From IMG/VR virus record IMGVR_UViG_3300045988_111260: a stretch of 64,000 bases of DNA; one strand, given 5' to 3'. The DNA comes from a virus. The first letter of the stretch is position 1; each line of letters opens with the position of its first letter. The notes under the pieces are model-generated. The model was not told the DNA's origin, ran no database searches, and was given only the letters and a program-made list of their open reading frames with translations. This document shows positions 48,159-58,004 of the stretch, piece after piece. The translations under genes were made by a program, and so were the position numbers.

Positions 48159-48881
48159 TTATCCCGTCATCTGCTTTTCAAAAAGCTGTCTTTCCAACGC
48201 ACCGAAATCATAGTCACGATCACACTCCAAACGTGCAAGGTTTGTTACCTTGGACTTTTGTTTAGCGTTCTTCTTAGCCTGATTACGTTCCCAGTTTCGT
48301 ACTGCTGCCTTCCAGTCTTGCATTTTGCTATTGCCCATCATCCAGTCTTTGGCTGTGTAATAATCCACAAACTCTTCTGGATCAATTCCATTGTGTCTCT
48401 GCTGGCAATATCTGGAGACTTGCTCGCAATCAGGCGGTGTGAATCGCTTTATATTATTATTATTATATTTATTATTATTTTTTACTTTCTTTTTATGTGT
48501 CGCTTCTGTGTCGTTTTGGTGTCGTTTCTGTGTAGCTTTTTTATCCACAAAACCTTGATAAACACTGTAATTTACTATGGTTATGACTGTCTTTTTAGTG
48601 TCGCTTTTTACATGTATGATACTGTCGTTTTTCAGTGTCTTTAAAAATTTGACAACCTTTGAATTACTCCATCCCCATCGATCACACAATCTTCTGATCG
48701 AAGTAACTACCGATCCTAGCTCAACTGTTTCTAAATTTCCATCAATGTATTTCGATTGATCATTATATCCTGCGAGAATCAGTAAGTCAATCATTGCTTG
48801 CCCTCTGGCAAATGGTTTATCTTCCCATAACCAGTGATCTGTAATTTTTCGATGGAGCTTAATCCATCCTGTGTTACTCAT
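48159..48881 (-). CDS. Phage replisome organiser / replication initiator (DnaD-like N-terminal domain)
   Basis: GWIKLHRKITDHWLW... is the hallmark opening of phage replisome-organiser N-domains; C-terminal conserved phage domain. Confidence 0.5.
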   Translation of the reverse strand: MSNTGWIKLHRKITDHWLWEDKPFARGQAMIDLLILAGYNDQSKYIDGNLETVELGSVVTSIRRLCDRWGWSNSKVVKFLKTLKNDSIIHVKSDTKKTVITIVNYSVYQGFVDKKATQKRHQNDTEATHKKKVKNNNKYNNNNIKRFTPPDCEQVSRYCQQRHNGIDPEEFVDYYTAKDWMMGNSKMQDWKAAVRNWERNQAKKNAKQKSKVTNLARLECDRDYDFGALERQLFEKQMTG

Positions 48882-48940
48882 GGCATCACTCCCATCTATA
48901 TGTGGAGATAAAATTCTCCTTTAATACCTGCATATATTTA

Positions 48941-49156
48941 TTAATCTTCAACACAATAATCACGTTTAAATTCTTCATAAGTCATGACATGTTTCCTGCA
49001 ATTGACACAAACCATATATTTGTTATGCTTATAAAGGCTTGTAATGTCTTCTCCATCTTCTTTTCCATTAAATTTGTAGAATTCTCTTCCTGATACATTA
49101 AAATCATTATATAATCCATCAGAACTCCCACAATATGGGCATTTTGTTATTACCAT
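48941..49156 (-). CDS. Small zinc-ribbon protein
   Basis: CPYCGSS...CVNCRKH. Confidence 0.4.
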   Translation of the reverse strand: MVITKCPYCGSSDGLYNDFNVSGREFYKFNGKEDGEDITSLYKHNKYMVCVNCRKHVMTYEEFKRDYCVED

Positions 49157-49184
49157 TCATTCCACCACCTATCAGATTTTCGTT

Positions 49185-49913
49185 TTATTCTTCATCAAGT
49201 TCCATATGATTTACGTCAACAGGATTCTCTAATTTCAGAATATCTTCCTTCTGTTCTACTAAAGCCTGTTGAGCAATTGCATTAATTTTATTCTGGGCAA
49301 AGGCTTCGATTTCGCCTTTTGCTTCTGTGATTGTTTTATCCATTTGTTCTTGAAACTGGTCGAAAATAAATTTTGATTCAGACTCCATTGATTTAGTGAT
49401 TCTTCCTAATTTTTCCAGAATCATTTCTTTATCGCCCTTACTAATAGATTTCTTTGTGCTAAAAAGTTCCTTTAGTTCATTGTAAAATTCCTGTGCATCG
49501 TTCATATGCTCGTTCATAGAATCTTTAAATTCATTAGTAATCTGCTGCCTTTTATTAATAAAATCCGCTTCGTTAATACGTCCTTTGCCTTGTATGTATT
49601 TAATAGTACAAGGCACACCAGTTCCTGTATTCATTGATGTAATAACTTCTGCAAATTGAGACTGAGACATTGCAACTTCAACAATTTCATGTCCACCAAC
49701 ATACCAGTCCTCATTTAATCCTCTAATGACCTTTCCTTCTCTCAACACCATATGAATTGTATCATTATGCTGAATACTACTACCAAATAAATTACTATGC
49801 CCACCATGAGTACGCCTAAATGACAACATGCCAAATGATGGGTGTTTATATGATGTTCCAAGTGCATTTTCTGAGATTTCATAATCTCCTTCTTTTTTGA
49901 TATTTTCTTCCAT
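49185..49913 (-). CDS. Hypothetical protein
   Basis: 242-aa ORF. Confidence 0.4.
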   Translation of the reverse strand: MEENIKKEGDYEISENALGTSYKHPSFGMLSFRRTHGGHSNLFGSSIQHNDTIHMVLREGKVIRGLNEDWYVGGHEIVEVAMSQSQFAEVITSMNTGTGVPCTIKYIQGKGRINEADFINKRQQITNEFKDSMNEHMNDAQEFYNELKELFSTKKSISKGDKEMILEKLGRITKSMESESKFIFDQFQEQMDKTITEAKGEIEAFAQNKINAIAQQALVEQKEDILKLENPVDVNHMELDEE

Positions 49914-50007
49914 TTATTTCCGTTTCCTTTCTATCAAAGTTTCATTTTATTCTTTGCAAGCTACAATACAAGTTGGAGCGTTATACTTTCCAATATCCGC
50001 ATAAAAA

Positions 50008-50349
50008 TTATCCAATACAGATTCTAATTTCGTATACACCCCCGTCCCTTCTCATTCCATTTTCTGTCTTTACATTAGAGTATACAACAATATAATCAAT
50101 AGGTTCATACACAACTGTCTCCATGTGTTTAATATACTGTCTAACACTACTTTCTACAGATTTAATATCGTCTGTTTCTGCACAAATACAACCATACGGA
50201 ATCCAACTTTTAGAAACATTCTGTCCTTTATAAATAATCATTAAAGCTCGCTTTGATTCACATTCATTCATTAACTGCATTAACAGTTTAGATTTTCCGT
50301 TACCCTTTAATGTTAATATATTCATTTTTCCATCACTCCTTCTGATCAA
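50008..50349 (-). CDS. Hypothetical protein
   Basis: 113-aa ORF. Confidence 0.35.
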   Translation of the reverse strand: MIRRSDGKMNILTLKGNGKSKLLMQLMNECESKRALMIIYKGQNVSKSWIPYGCICAETDDIKSVESSVRQYIKHMETVVYEPIDYIVVYSNVKTENGMRRDGGVYEIRICIG

Positions 50350-50596
50350 ATATTTGTTTCATTACTGCATCAGTTTTAGCCATTGATTCATCAATATCTG
50401 TGTCACACATAAGTTGGAACAAATCTTCATAACATTTTGAGCACAAATAAACTGTATGAGTTACAACATTAAACCCTAACTCATGTTCAAATAAAATTCT
50501 TTTCATACATCTATCGTCCTCAAAATGCTTTCCACATTCAACACACGAACAAAATTTATCACTTTCTCTAAGTTCTGCTACATTGTCAATTTTCAT
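50333..50596 (-). CDS. Small Cys-rich protein
   Basis: CSCVECGKHF...CSKCYEDL. Confidence 0.35.
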   Translation of the reverse strand: MKIDNVAELRESDKFCSCVECGKHFEDDRCMKRILFEHELGFNVVTHTVYLCSKCYEDLFQLMCDTDIDESMAKTDAVMKQIFDQKE

Positions 50597-50613
50597 AATT
50601 ATACCACACCTCT

Positions 50614-51708
50614 CTATTCTTCTGAAATAATTTCCACCGCAGCTTCATAAAATCTGTTGTATAAAGTTGCATTAGTTTTAATAAGCTGAGATTTAGGAAT
50701 GCCATGAGCATATTCATCCCAGTTAACGCCATTCTCTGTCATCTTAGTGTAGATTTTCCGATAAACAGACGTTCCACCTTTAGATTTATTTCCAATATGA
50801 TTAGCATAGTTAGTAATCTTGATCTTCATTTCTTCCCAATCAGGCTGTGCGTTCTCTTTACGGAACTGTCGCAGAAGTTTTTCCAATGAATTAACTAACA
50901 GATCAGGATACTTGTCATAGCAAAGATCAATCGTTGGCACATTACCTCTCTCGCTAATATTATACTTCTCTTTGTATTCTTTTCGATCCTGTTCCCACAC
51001 AATCCCATATGTGTTAGTAAGATACCTATATGCCTCTCTAAGAATATCTCTAGTAGTGGTTCCTAGTTCGTCAGATTCTTTTAGAATATCATCAATGATA
51101 GAGTAGACATTAGATTTCCATTCATTAAGTTTGTATTCTGCGATAACACTTTCCGTATCCACTACTGGAATATCTTTCGTAGGTTTACCAATCTGCTTAT
51201 ACAGTTCTTTCCGCTCAGCTTTCATTTCTTTAACAATATCTGCCAACTGATTAAATCCCTTGATAGTAACCTTATACAGGCGTTCGTTGTTTCTTTCCAT
51301 CTGCTTCATAAGTTCTGTCTGCTCTGTAAGAAATCGTTCTACTGTCGTTACAGGAGTTCTTGTTCTTAAATTTCCATGACGATAAACTTTGATAACATCC
51401 CATACCCAGTCTATAAAGGCGTTTGCCTTCGGTTGCCTGCTCCATCTACAAATTTCCATCACACCACGTTCGTTATAGAGAACTACTTGCCTAGTCTTAT
51501 TATCAAGGGTTACCAAATCGGTAACCTTTGATAATTTATCTAGCCTATCTTTGTGTGCTGTGTGAATTTTGCTAAGTGCGATTTTAGGATCACTGTATTC
51601 CAGTGCCTCTCCGATCTGCTTTCTTGTCATCCAAATCTCGTCCTCAGCACTATAAAAATCACACGCTATATCGTTAAATTTTTCCGTTTTAACTAACTGT
51701 AGGTTCAT
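50614..51708 (-). CDS. Ant-type antirepressor (ORF6N/AntA-like N-terminal domain)
   Basis: EIWMTRKQIGEALEYSDPKIALSKIHTAHKDRL...VLYNERGVMEICRWSRQPKANAFIDWVWDV matches the ORF6N pattern. Confidence 0.55.
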   Translation of the reverse strand: MNLQLVKTEKFNDIACDFYSAEDEIWMTRKQIGEALEYSDPKIALSKIHTAHKDRLDKLSKVTDLVTLDNKTRQVVLYNERGVMEICRWSRQPKANAFIDWVWDVIKVYRHGNLRTRTPVTTVERFLTEQTELMKQMERNNERLYKVTIKGFNQLADIVKEMKAERKELYKQIGKPTKDIPVVDTESVIAEYKLNEWKSNVYSIIDDILKESDELGTTTRDILREAYRYLTNTYGIVWEQDRKEYKEKYNISERGNVPTIDLCYDKYPDLLVNSLEKLLRQFRKENAQPDWEEMKIKITNYANHIGNKSKGGTSVYRKIYTKMTENGVNWDEYAHGIPKSQLIKTNATLYNRFYEAAVEIISEE

Positions 51709-52030
51709 TCTTCATCTTCCTTTCTAAACTGTCTTATTTTTCTCTACACTCATTATTTTTGTATAACTGTATTCCGTAAACCAATAGAAATAAAATCAAC
51801 ATTTAATTCCAACTATTAGTGTGCCAATCCTAATAGAAACCTATTCTATTCCTATTAGCTCTCTATGTATTAACACCCTATCCTATTAACAATTCTATGT
51901 CTAGTTAGTTATTAGTTTGTGTATAATAAATTTGACAAAGAACCGACCTGCCAAATCGGTTCTCGTCAAATATTTCCGTAAAATAAAAAGAACCTTCCGT
52001 TCGGTTCTTTGCCAAAATTATTACATGAAA
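51709..52030. repeat. Repeat-rich intergenic region (CCTATT / CTAATAG iterations) with two hairpins near 51945..52016
   Basis: CCTAATAGAAACCTATTCTATTCCTATTAGCTCTCTATGTATTAACACCCTATCCTATTAAC; then AAGAACC...GGTTCTT hairpin flanked by A/T runs. Confidence 0.4.
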
Positions 52031-52276
52031 TTAAATCAGTTGGTAAATGAGCATTCCGAAACCCACAATAACCCATAATGTCGTAATTACTTTCATAGGC
52101 TTCATAATAGCTTCTAATATTTCCTCTAATACGTCTATATATTTGCTTAAATATACCTTATTATGTTCACGATTAATTTTTCTTAGCGATAACCAAGCTA
52201 GGAAAATAATCACATATAACACAAAAGATATTCCGCAGAACTGTTCAAAGAAATGAACAACCTGTTCTAATTCCAT
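52031..52276 (-). CDS. Small membrane protein
   Basis: 81 aa, two TM helices. Confidence 0.4.
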   Translation of the reverse strand: MELEQVVHFFEQFCGISFVLYVIIFLAWLSLRKINREHNKVYLSKYIDVLEEILEAIMKPMKVITTLWVIVGFGMLIYQLI

Positions 52277-53631
52277 ACTTCATCATCCTCATCTTCATTA
52301 TCATATAAATTTTCCACTGGTGCTGTCTGCTGAAACATATCCGTTGGAGATAAGTTTCTTGCTTCGCACATTGCACAAAAGACTTTTAATACCTTATCCC
52401 ACTCATGCTCCTGAATCCACTGAAGGAATGGTTTCTTTCCACGTTTCTTAACATCAATCTGGTATTTGTATTGTAAGTTCTTATATAATTCATTCCACAT
52501 AACAGAGAATTGTGTTCCTGTTACAGCAGCCAACTTCCTAATTCCAGCGTTCATCTTATTGCGATCATCCCATGTTAAAATTTCCGCTGCTAATAGCTTA
52601 TTATCATTCTGTAACTTTTGATTCTCTTCTTTGAGTTCTTTGTTTTGTGTTCGCAGATCTGTTACCATAGCAAGCTTGACATCTTCAGAGAATGATGGAA
52701 AATAGTGTTCAATGAACTGTGACTCTTTCCCAAAATCAACTGCACCGCCTGTCTTACGAATGTTTCTAAGATATTCTTTAATCTGTTTCTTCATCTGTTT
52801 TGCAATCGGCTTGCGTGACTGCATACACACTTCATAGAGTCCATCTTCTGTAAGAAACCAAAACACTGTTTTTGTCTTTCCATTACTATCTAACTGACCT
52901 AAATTTTGAGTGCTAACATTATTAGCACTTAGAATTTTAGTCTTATATTTTTCTTCAGAATCAATTGTTTCTAACATTTTATCTGTACGATATTTTCCAT
53001 TATCTCTCTTACTATAATCAATCCATTCTGCGACATCTCTTGCTAAAAATAACGGATCTTCAATACTTCTATACAGATCAATTCGTCTGCCTAAAATTTC
53101 CGTTGTGTCAACAAGCTGCACACCTGCATCTACCTGTTCTTGTTCTCTCTGTTCTTCTATCGTGATATAATCGTTGATAAAAACATAATATCTAACACTC
53201 TCAGCAAGGCTTGAAGTTTCCATCAGCAAAGATAATCTGATTAAACATTTAAGTGTGAATACCTTAGCACCCTTATAACCGAATGAGATATTCAATCCGT
53301 TCGGATACGTTACCATGATTCTTCCCTTCTGTTTTTCCGTTGTTGCGTTCTGACCGTCAATGATCTCCTGTACTGTCTTAACTTCCATTCCATCTTCCAA
53401 AAATTCTTTACGATACTTCGTACACAATCGTTTGACTTCCTCAACATCTCCATCAAAGAATCGTGCTACCTGTTCTGTAGTGATATAATCTCGTCCAGGA
53501 AGCCACGGAATCGGCTTGATCGTAACCTGTTTCAAAAGTTCTGTGTTCTGTACCAGTTCATCTCTCTTTGCTTTATCCAAAATTGGATCGCAAGGGATTT
53601 CCATTTCGTTTAGATTCATAATTAATTCCAC
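52267..53631 (-). CDS. Composite antirepressor (ORF6N-like N-terminal domain plus internal Bro-N domain)
   Basis: IPWLPGRDYITTEQVARFF (ORF6N-like) and FLTEDGLYEVCMQSRKPIAKQMKKQIKEYLRNIRKTGG (Bro-N-like). Confidence 0.55.
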   Translation of the reverse strand: MELIMNLNEMEIPCDPILDKAKRDELVQNTELLKQVTIKPIPWLPGRDYITTEQVARFFDGDVEEVKRLCTKYRKEFLEDGMEVKTVQEIIDGQNATTEKQKGRIMVTYPNGLNISFGYKGAKVFTLKCLIRLSLLMETSSLAESVRYYVFINDYITIEEQREQEQVDAGVQLVDTTEILGRRIDLYRSIEDPLFLARDVAEWIDYSKRDNGKYRTDKMLETIDSEEKYKTKILSANNVSTQNLGQLDSNGKTKTVFWFLTEDGLYEVCMQSRKPIAKQMKKQIKEYLRNIRKTGGAVDFGKESQFIEHYFPSFSEDVKLAMVTDLRTQNKELKEENQKLQNDNKLLAAEILTWDDRNKMNAGIRKLAAVTGTQFSVMWNELYKNLQYKYQIDVKKRGKKPFLQWIQEHEWDKVLKVFCAMCEARNLSPTDMFQQTAPVENLYDNEDEDDEVWN

Positions 53632-53778
53632 CTTTCTTATGTAAAAATTGTATTAAAAAAGACACTCTGGAATTTTCCATAAGTGTCTTAGTTACCTATA
53701 TTAATTTGTATTCACTCTGATTCTAGTTCATCAATTTCTGGCGTATCGGAATGATCCATATCAAATAATATTTTCCAT

Positions 53779-53949
53779 TCTATCTTCCATTCCAAAGATC
53801 GGAAAAGAACTTATAAATCCCATACAGAATAGCAACAAATGCTATAACCATTAAAATTCCATAACCACCACCTAAAATAGCTCCTAACATATATTCCAAA
53901 GTGTCCTCTGGAACGATAAATATAATTATTAATAATAAAACCAATGGCA
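53779..53949 (-). CDS. Small hydrophobic protein (56 aa, below cutoff), followed by intrinsic terminator at 53670..53715
   Basis: RBS GGAGAG then MPLVLLLIIIFIVPEDTLEYMLGAILGGGYGILMVIAFVAILYGIYKFF...; hairpin AAGACACT...AGTGTCTT plus U-run. Confidence 0.35.
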
Positions 53950-54057
53950 TAATTTACTCTCCTTTGCTCTGTTCTTTAAGTTTTTTGTTTGTCTTGTATC
54001 TCAACTAATATGTATATATTATCATCTTCTCTGACTGTAGTAAACAGTCCATAAAAA

Positions 54058-54264
54058 TTACACTTCGCTTTCCTCTACCTCACTTGCAAATAACTCGTAC
54101 TCATAGTCGTAACCACCGCCATCACAAGGAATATCAATATCTCCTGTATTAATCTTTTCCGCTACAATATTTCTTGCTTCATCCTCTGTTTCTGCTTTAA
54201 TTTCAACTGATCTCTTATATGTTTCTACAACATCTATTATATATTTTTTCATGTAAATTTCCAT
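54058..54264 (-). CDS. Hypothetical small acidic protein
   Basis: 68-aa ORF. Confidence 0.35.
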   Translation of the reverse strand: MEIYMKKYIIDVVETYKRSVEIKAETEDEARNIVAEKINTGDIDIPCDGGGYDYEYELFASEVEESEV

Positions 54265-54269
54265 CCTTC

Positions 54270-54623
54270 CTATTGTTTTTCTAGTGCTTCAATAAAAGTC
54301 TTATACATAAGAATATCTTGCTTAAGACAGTTCTCAAAGACCACTTTGCCTTTTTGATTAAGAAATAAATCAGAAGAAAGATTTTGTAATCGTATTTCAT
54401 AATTTTTCTTTCGTCTATTTAATTTTTCCAACAATTCTTCTCGTGTTCCACATTGTCGGATGTCGGGACCTAAGCTACTATTTAATTCCATATCATTTCC
54501 ATACCAATAGAAATTTCTTTTTGAGTCTGGGCTGCATACCAATTTACATACTACACCAAGACCATCTGGTTTGGTCGTTGTTCCATAATTTGATTCTACT
54601 AAAACTCTCATGATTATTTCCAT
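54270..54623 (-). CDS. Hypothetical protein
   Basis: 117-aa ORF. Confidence 0.4.
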   Translation of the reverse strand: MEIIMRVLVESNYGTTTKPDGLGVVCKLVCSPDSKRNFYWYGNDMELNSSLGPDIRQCGTREELLEKLNRRKKNYEIRLQNLSSDLFLNQKGKVVFENCLKQDILMYKTFIEALEKQ

Positions 54624-54650
54624 CCTTCCTACGATAAAATTGACATTTAA

Positions 54651-54881
54651 TTAGTTAATAGATCCATCTGCATTGACTAATCTATTTTCCATTTCTGTAT
54701 TGTTATCTGCGATATTCTGCAACACGTAAAACAGTGAATCATCTTCTTTGGCTAATTTTCCACCGCTTTCGGATAACATTTCCATATCGTCTTTGTAATC
54801 ATCTGCAAACGTGTCATAGTCCATTCCTAAAGACATATTAAATAAAATGTTTGCGATTCTTTTTACTTCATTATTTTCCAT
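54651..54881 (-). CDS. Hypothetical small protein
   Basis: 76-aa ORF. Confidence 0.35.
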   Translation of the reverse strand: MENNEVKRIANILFNMSLGMDYDTFADDYKDDMEMLSESGGKLAKEDDSLFYVLQNIADNNTEMENRLVNADGSIN

Positions 54882-54895
54882 AACTAATCACTCTC

Positions 54896-55090
54896 CTATT
54901 CCTTAATCTCGTTTGCAATGTCGTTTCTTGTGCCTCTAATAGAGCATCCTTCTGTATCATGTCTCATCAGGATCTCGTAAATCTGTTCTTCCTCTTCCTC
55001 TGTTAAGGAAAAGCCTTCCCAGTATCCATAATCATTCTCTCCGTGGCACATAACAATTCCGATAATTTCTTGTCTTATTTCTGTATTCAT
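54896..55090 (-). CDS. Hypothetical small protein
   Basis: 64-aa ORF. Confidence 0.35.
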   Translation of the reverse strand: MNTEIRQEIIGIVMCHGENDYGYWEGFSLTEEEEEQIYEILMRHDTEGCSIRGTRNDIANEIKE

Positions 55091-55170
55091 AATTTCCGCT
55101 CCTATTCTGTCATAAAACTTTTCTTTTAACTCAAAAAGCGGTATCTATATCAGACACCGCTTTATACTAT

Positions 55171-56319
55171 TTATTCCATTGACTGTCTTAAAGTTTCAAT
55201 ATTTTCTAACACCTCATTTAATGTATCAATCAAATTAATATTCACTGGCAAAAGTACAATAGCGTACCCATTATCAATAATTTTACATGGTGCTTTATTA
55301 CTCATAATTTCCAGTATAAACGTGTCATTCTGAATAACTTTTAAGGCATCCAACATGAAGTTAGGATTAAATCCAATCATAAAATCTTCTGTTAAAACAT
55401 TGTTCTTTGCATCAAGAAAATCCATTGATGATTCCTTATCTTTATTTTCACAATAAGACACTAATTTATTTTCTTTGTTATGTAAAAGCATTGGAAATCT
55501 TGAACTTTTAACATGATTTACATTATACTTTGTAATTTCCATTAACTCTTTTGTTGTAAGCTCTACTGATCCAGTCGGTTCAATTCCTTTTAAAATTGCA
55601 TCTACATCAAAATACTTTCCAGTAACCATCTCTACAAAGAAATAAAAATCATTTCCAACAAACTGTACATAATCTTCATTTGCTTCGATCTCAACATTAT
55701 CTTTATTCCCTTTTAGGCAATTTTTAAGCATATCATATGCTTTTAACGGAATATTAATTTCCGTAAATATTGTATCTCCAAACATATATTCAGATAAATC
55801 TTTCTGTAGGAATCTATACCCATCTAACACTGTCATTGTCTTGTTTTCAACATTCAGGTTGAAACAGTTCATCATTGGCTTTGCATCTGACCGTTCTTTA
55901 TTAAATAATGAAAGATTTTCCATCATTTCAAAAAGATCGTTTCCTGGAATAATAGCAACGTGTTGTAATTTTTTCAGTCCATTGTACGTTACGTTGACTT
56001 CTGATCCAATAATACTCTGTACCTTCTTATCGGCTTTTACAATAAGCTTTCCATCATGTCTATGAAAATCAAAAGTAAAATCTTTTGCTTTCAATTTTGA
56101 TATCTGTTTTAATTTAGCAAATGGCACAACGAATTTTCCAACATCGTCACAAGCACTATCTTTTACGACAATCATTCGTGCATCTGCTGTATTTGCAATA
56201 AACACTACCACGTTTCCACCCATAGATACAATACAATCATCTGTTACGCTATTCTTAATTGTTTTTTCCAGTTTGTTTACCACGTCTTTAAAATCCTTTG
56301 CATTTAATGTAAATTTCAT
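55171..56319 (-). CDS. dnaN: DNA polymerase III beta sliding clamp-like protein
   Basis: 382 aa; N-terminal MKFTLNAKDFKDVVNKL... mirrors the DnaN opening; three-domain length. Confidence 0.55.
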   Translation of the reverse strand: MKFTLNAKDFKDVVNKLEKTIKNSVTDDCIVSMGGNVVVFIANTADARMIVVKDSACDDVGKFVVPFAKLKQISKLKAKDFTFDFHRHDGKLIVKADKKVQSIIGSEVNVTYNGLKKLQHVAIIPGNDLFEMMENLSLFNKERSDAKPMMNCFNLNVENKTMTVLDGYRFLQKDLSEYMFGDTIFTEINIPLKAYDMLKNCLKGNKDNVEIEANEDYVQFVGNDFYFFVEMVTGKYFDVDAILKGIEPTGSVELTTKELMEITKYNVNHVKSSRFPMLLHNKENKLVSYCENKDKESSMDFLDAKNNVLTEDFMIGFNPNFMLDALKVIQNDTFILEIMSNKAPCKIIDNGYAIVLLPVNINLIDTLNEVLENIETLRQSME

Positions 56320-56360
56320 AATCTATATACCTCATATCTTTCTATTAAATCTGCATTTTA

Positions 56361-56648
56361 TTATCCAACTAATTCTAAGTATCCAGCTTTCACAAGATCT
56401 TCTTTTTGTGACAGTGGCTGCGGTACATACTGCATACCCTTTTCTCGATCATAGTCGTAATACCACACACCGTATTCTTCAATCGGTTCCAGGATATGAA
56501 TTGCAAGGCTAACTTCCATCACGTTTACCGCCTGAACGCAAGCGTTCTTCATATCTTCTAAGCTACATAATGTACTGTATTGTGGTTTTAATTTTTCCAC
56601 AAAATCTTCAAAGTCTAATCTTTCATATTCTTCTCTACTAACTTTCAT
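56361..56648 (-). CDS. Small acidic protein, tandem paralogue 1
   Basis: ...AIHILEPIEEYGVWYYDYD...KEDLVKAGYLELVG parallels the next gene. Confidence 0.4.
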   Translation of the reverse strand: MKVSREEYERLDFEDFVEKLKPQYSTLCSLEDMKNACVQAVNVMEVSLAIHILEPIEEYGVWYYDYDREKGMQYVPQPLSQKEDLVKAGYLELVG

Positions 56649-56735
56649 TCGTTCTTACCTCGTTTCTTTCCATTAAAAAAGGAAGATACATTTCTGCATC
56701 TTCCTAGATTACTTTGTTTTATATTAAATTTTCCG

Positions 56736-57038
56736 TTAGTCAATCAATTCGATATAATCTGTGTCGATTAAATCTTCTTTATCTCTAATCGGATTCGGTT
56801 CATTTAATGTTCCCATTGTATAATCATAGTCATAATACTCTGCAAAACAATCTCTTAATGTTTCCAATAAATGAATTGCTAAATTATGATCTGCATTATT
56901 AACTGCATCAATTACATAATTTTGTAAATCATCTGCGGTACAAATACAATCATGTTCCATTGCTATTTCCATTACTTCTTCAAAACTTTTTGTTTCAAAA
57001 TCCTTCTTATTAATTTTTAATACCATATTTTCCACCAT
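56736..57038 (-). CDS. Small acidic protein, tandem paralogue 2
   Basis: ...AIHLLETLRDCFAEYYDYD...KEDLIDTDYIELID. Confidence 0.4.
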   Translation of the reverse strand: MVENMVLKINKKDFETKSFEEVMEIAMEHDCICTADDLQNYVIDAVNNADHNLAIHLLETLRDCFAEYYDYDYTMGTLNEPNPIRDKEDLIDTDYIELID

Positions 57039-57040
57039 CC

Positions 57041-57403
57041 TTATTCACATTCTTTTTTTCCGATAAGCTGAATAATGCAACCAAAATCTCCAGCACGATA
57101 TACTCTAATTTTGTCTGCCTTATAATCTGCCATCAATCCTACATCGTCATAGATTTTTAGCCATGCCCTGAATCCTGATGATGTTTCAAATTCCATCTCT
57201 AAGGTATAGTGATCTCCGATCTTTGCGTTCTCATCCACAATATAAGCATTATATCTTCCATCGGAGCCAAAATTTAAGATGTTCGCCTTCAATCCATCTT
57301 TTGTTGTACCTACAAAAATTAAAGCTGCAATATCACTATCCCCAATAAATTCTCTATCGTATTCTTTATATGATTTCATAATTTCCACCTTCCTATTCTT
57401 CAT
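57041..57403 (-). CDS. Hypothetical protein
   Basis: 120-aa ORF. Confidence 0.4.
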   Translation of the reverse strand: MKNRKVEIMKSYKEYDREFIGDSDIAALIFVGTTKDGLKANILNFGSDGRYNAYIVDENAKIGDHYTLEMEFETSSGFRAWLKIYDDVGLMADYKADKIRVYRAGDFGCIIQLIGKKECE

Positions 57404-57854
57404 AATTTTCTAAATCCCAATGTTCTTTTAAAAGCTGGATCGCAAACTCAGGATATCCCATAAAATAATAACTATCGTATGCTGATTCTATCTGATCTTC
57501 ATCCCAGCTTTCGTCATCATATCCATTTTCGTCTGCCCACGTTTCAAAATCCATTGCCGTTTTCTGAAAATCTTTAACCTTATTACTAATCCGTTGCAAG
57601 TCATTCTCTTCAATCGTGATTAAAGGTTTTCCATAATCATCGTAAAGATCTTCCCATAAGTCGTTGTTCCATTGTGACTTTGGCTCGTGTTGGATATAAA
57701 TGTTTGTTAATCCATTTACATTCCAGCCCGTTGTAGCAACTAATTTTCCAGTTTCTTTTTCCACTCCATAAAACATTCCAGGTTTTACACAAAAACCACC
57801 ATATGAAGCGTGTCTGAAATGTTCTGGAAGAATCATTTCCTTAAATTCATACAT
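57393..57854 (-). CDS. Hypothetical acidic protein
   Basis: 153-aa ORF. Confidence 0.4.
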   Translation of the reverse strand: MYEFKEMILPEHFRHASYGGFCVKPGMFYGVEKETGKLVATTGWNVNGLTNIYIQHEPKSQWNNDLWEDLYDDYGKPLITIEENDLQRISNKVKDFQKTAMDFETWADENGYDDESWDEDQIESAYDSYYFMGYPEFAIQLLKEHWDLENYEE

Positions 57855-57939
57855 AATTTTATCAACTGCCTTTCTTCCTATTTAGGACTTTAAATATTAC
57901 TTGTTACTTTTTTAATTATACACGATAATTTCCATCGTG

Positions 57940-58004
57940 TGAAGTGGTGTGGTAGGAATTGAACCTACCAATAAAAGCACTCTTTTGTCTACCATACGCC
58001 ACCG
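57940..58004 (-). ncRNA. tRNA-like fragment (canonical T arm plus imperfect acceptor; no D or anticodon arm)
   Basis: Minus strand GGTGGCGTATGGTAGACAAAAGAGTGCTTTTATTGGTAGGTTCAATTCCTACCACACCAC: T arm GTAGG-TTCAATT-CCTAC; acceptor pairs 6/7. Confidence 0.35.

Noticed and set aside
57940-58004. Complete tRNA gene
   Set aside because: Only a T arm and an imperfect acceptor can be folded. There is no D arm and no 7-nt anticodon loop, so it is reported as a tRNA-like fragment.
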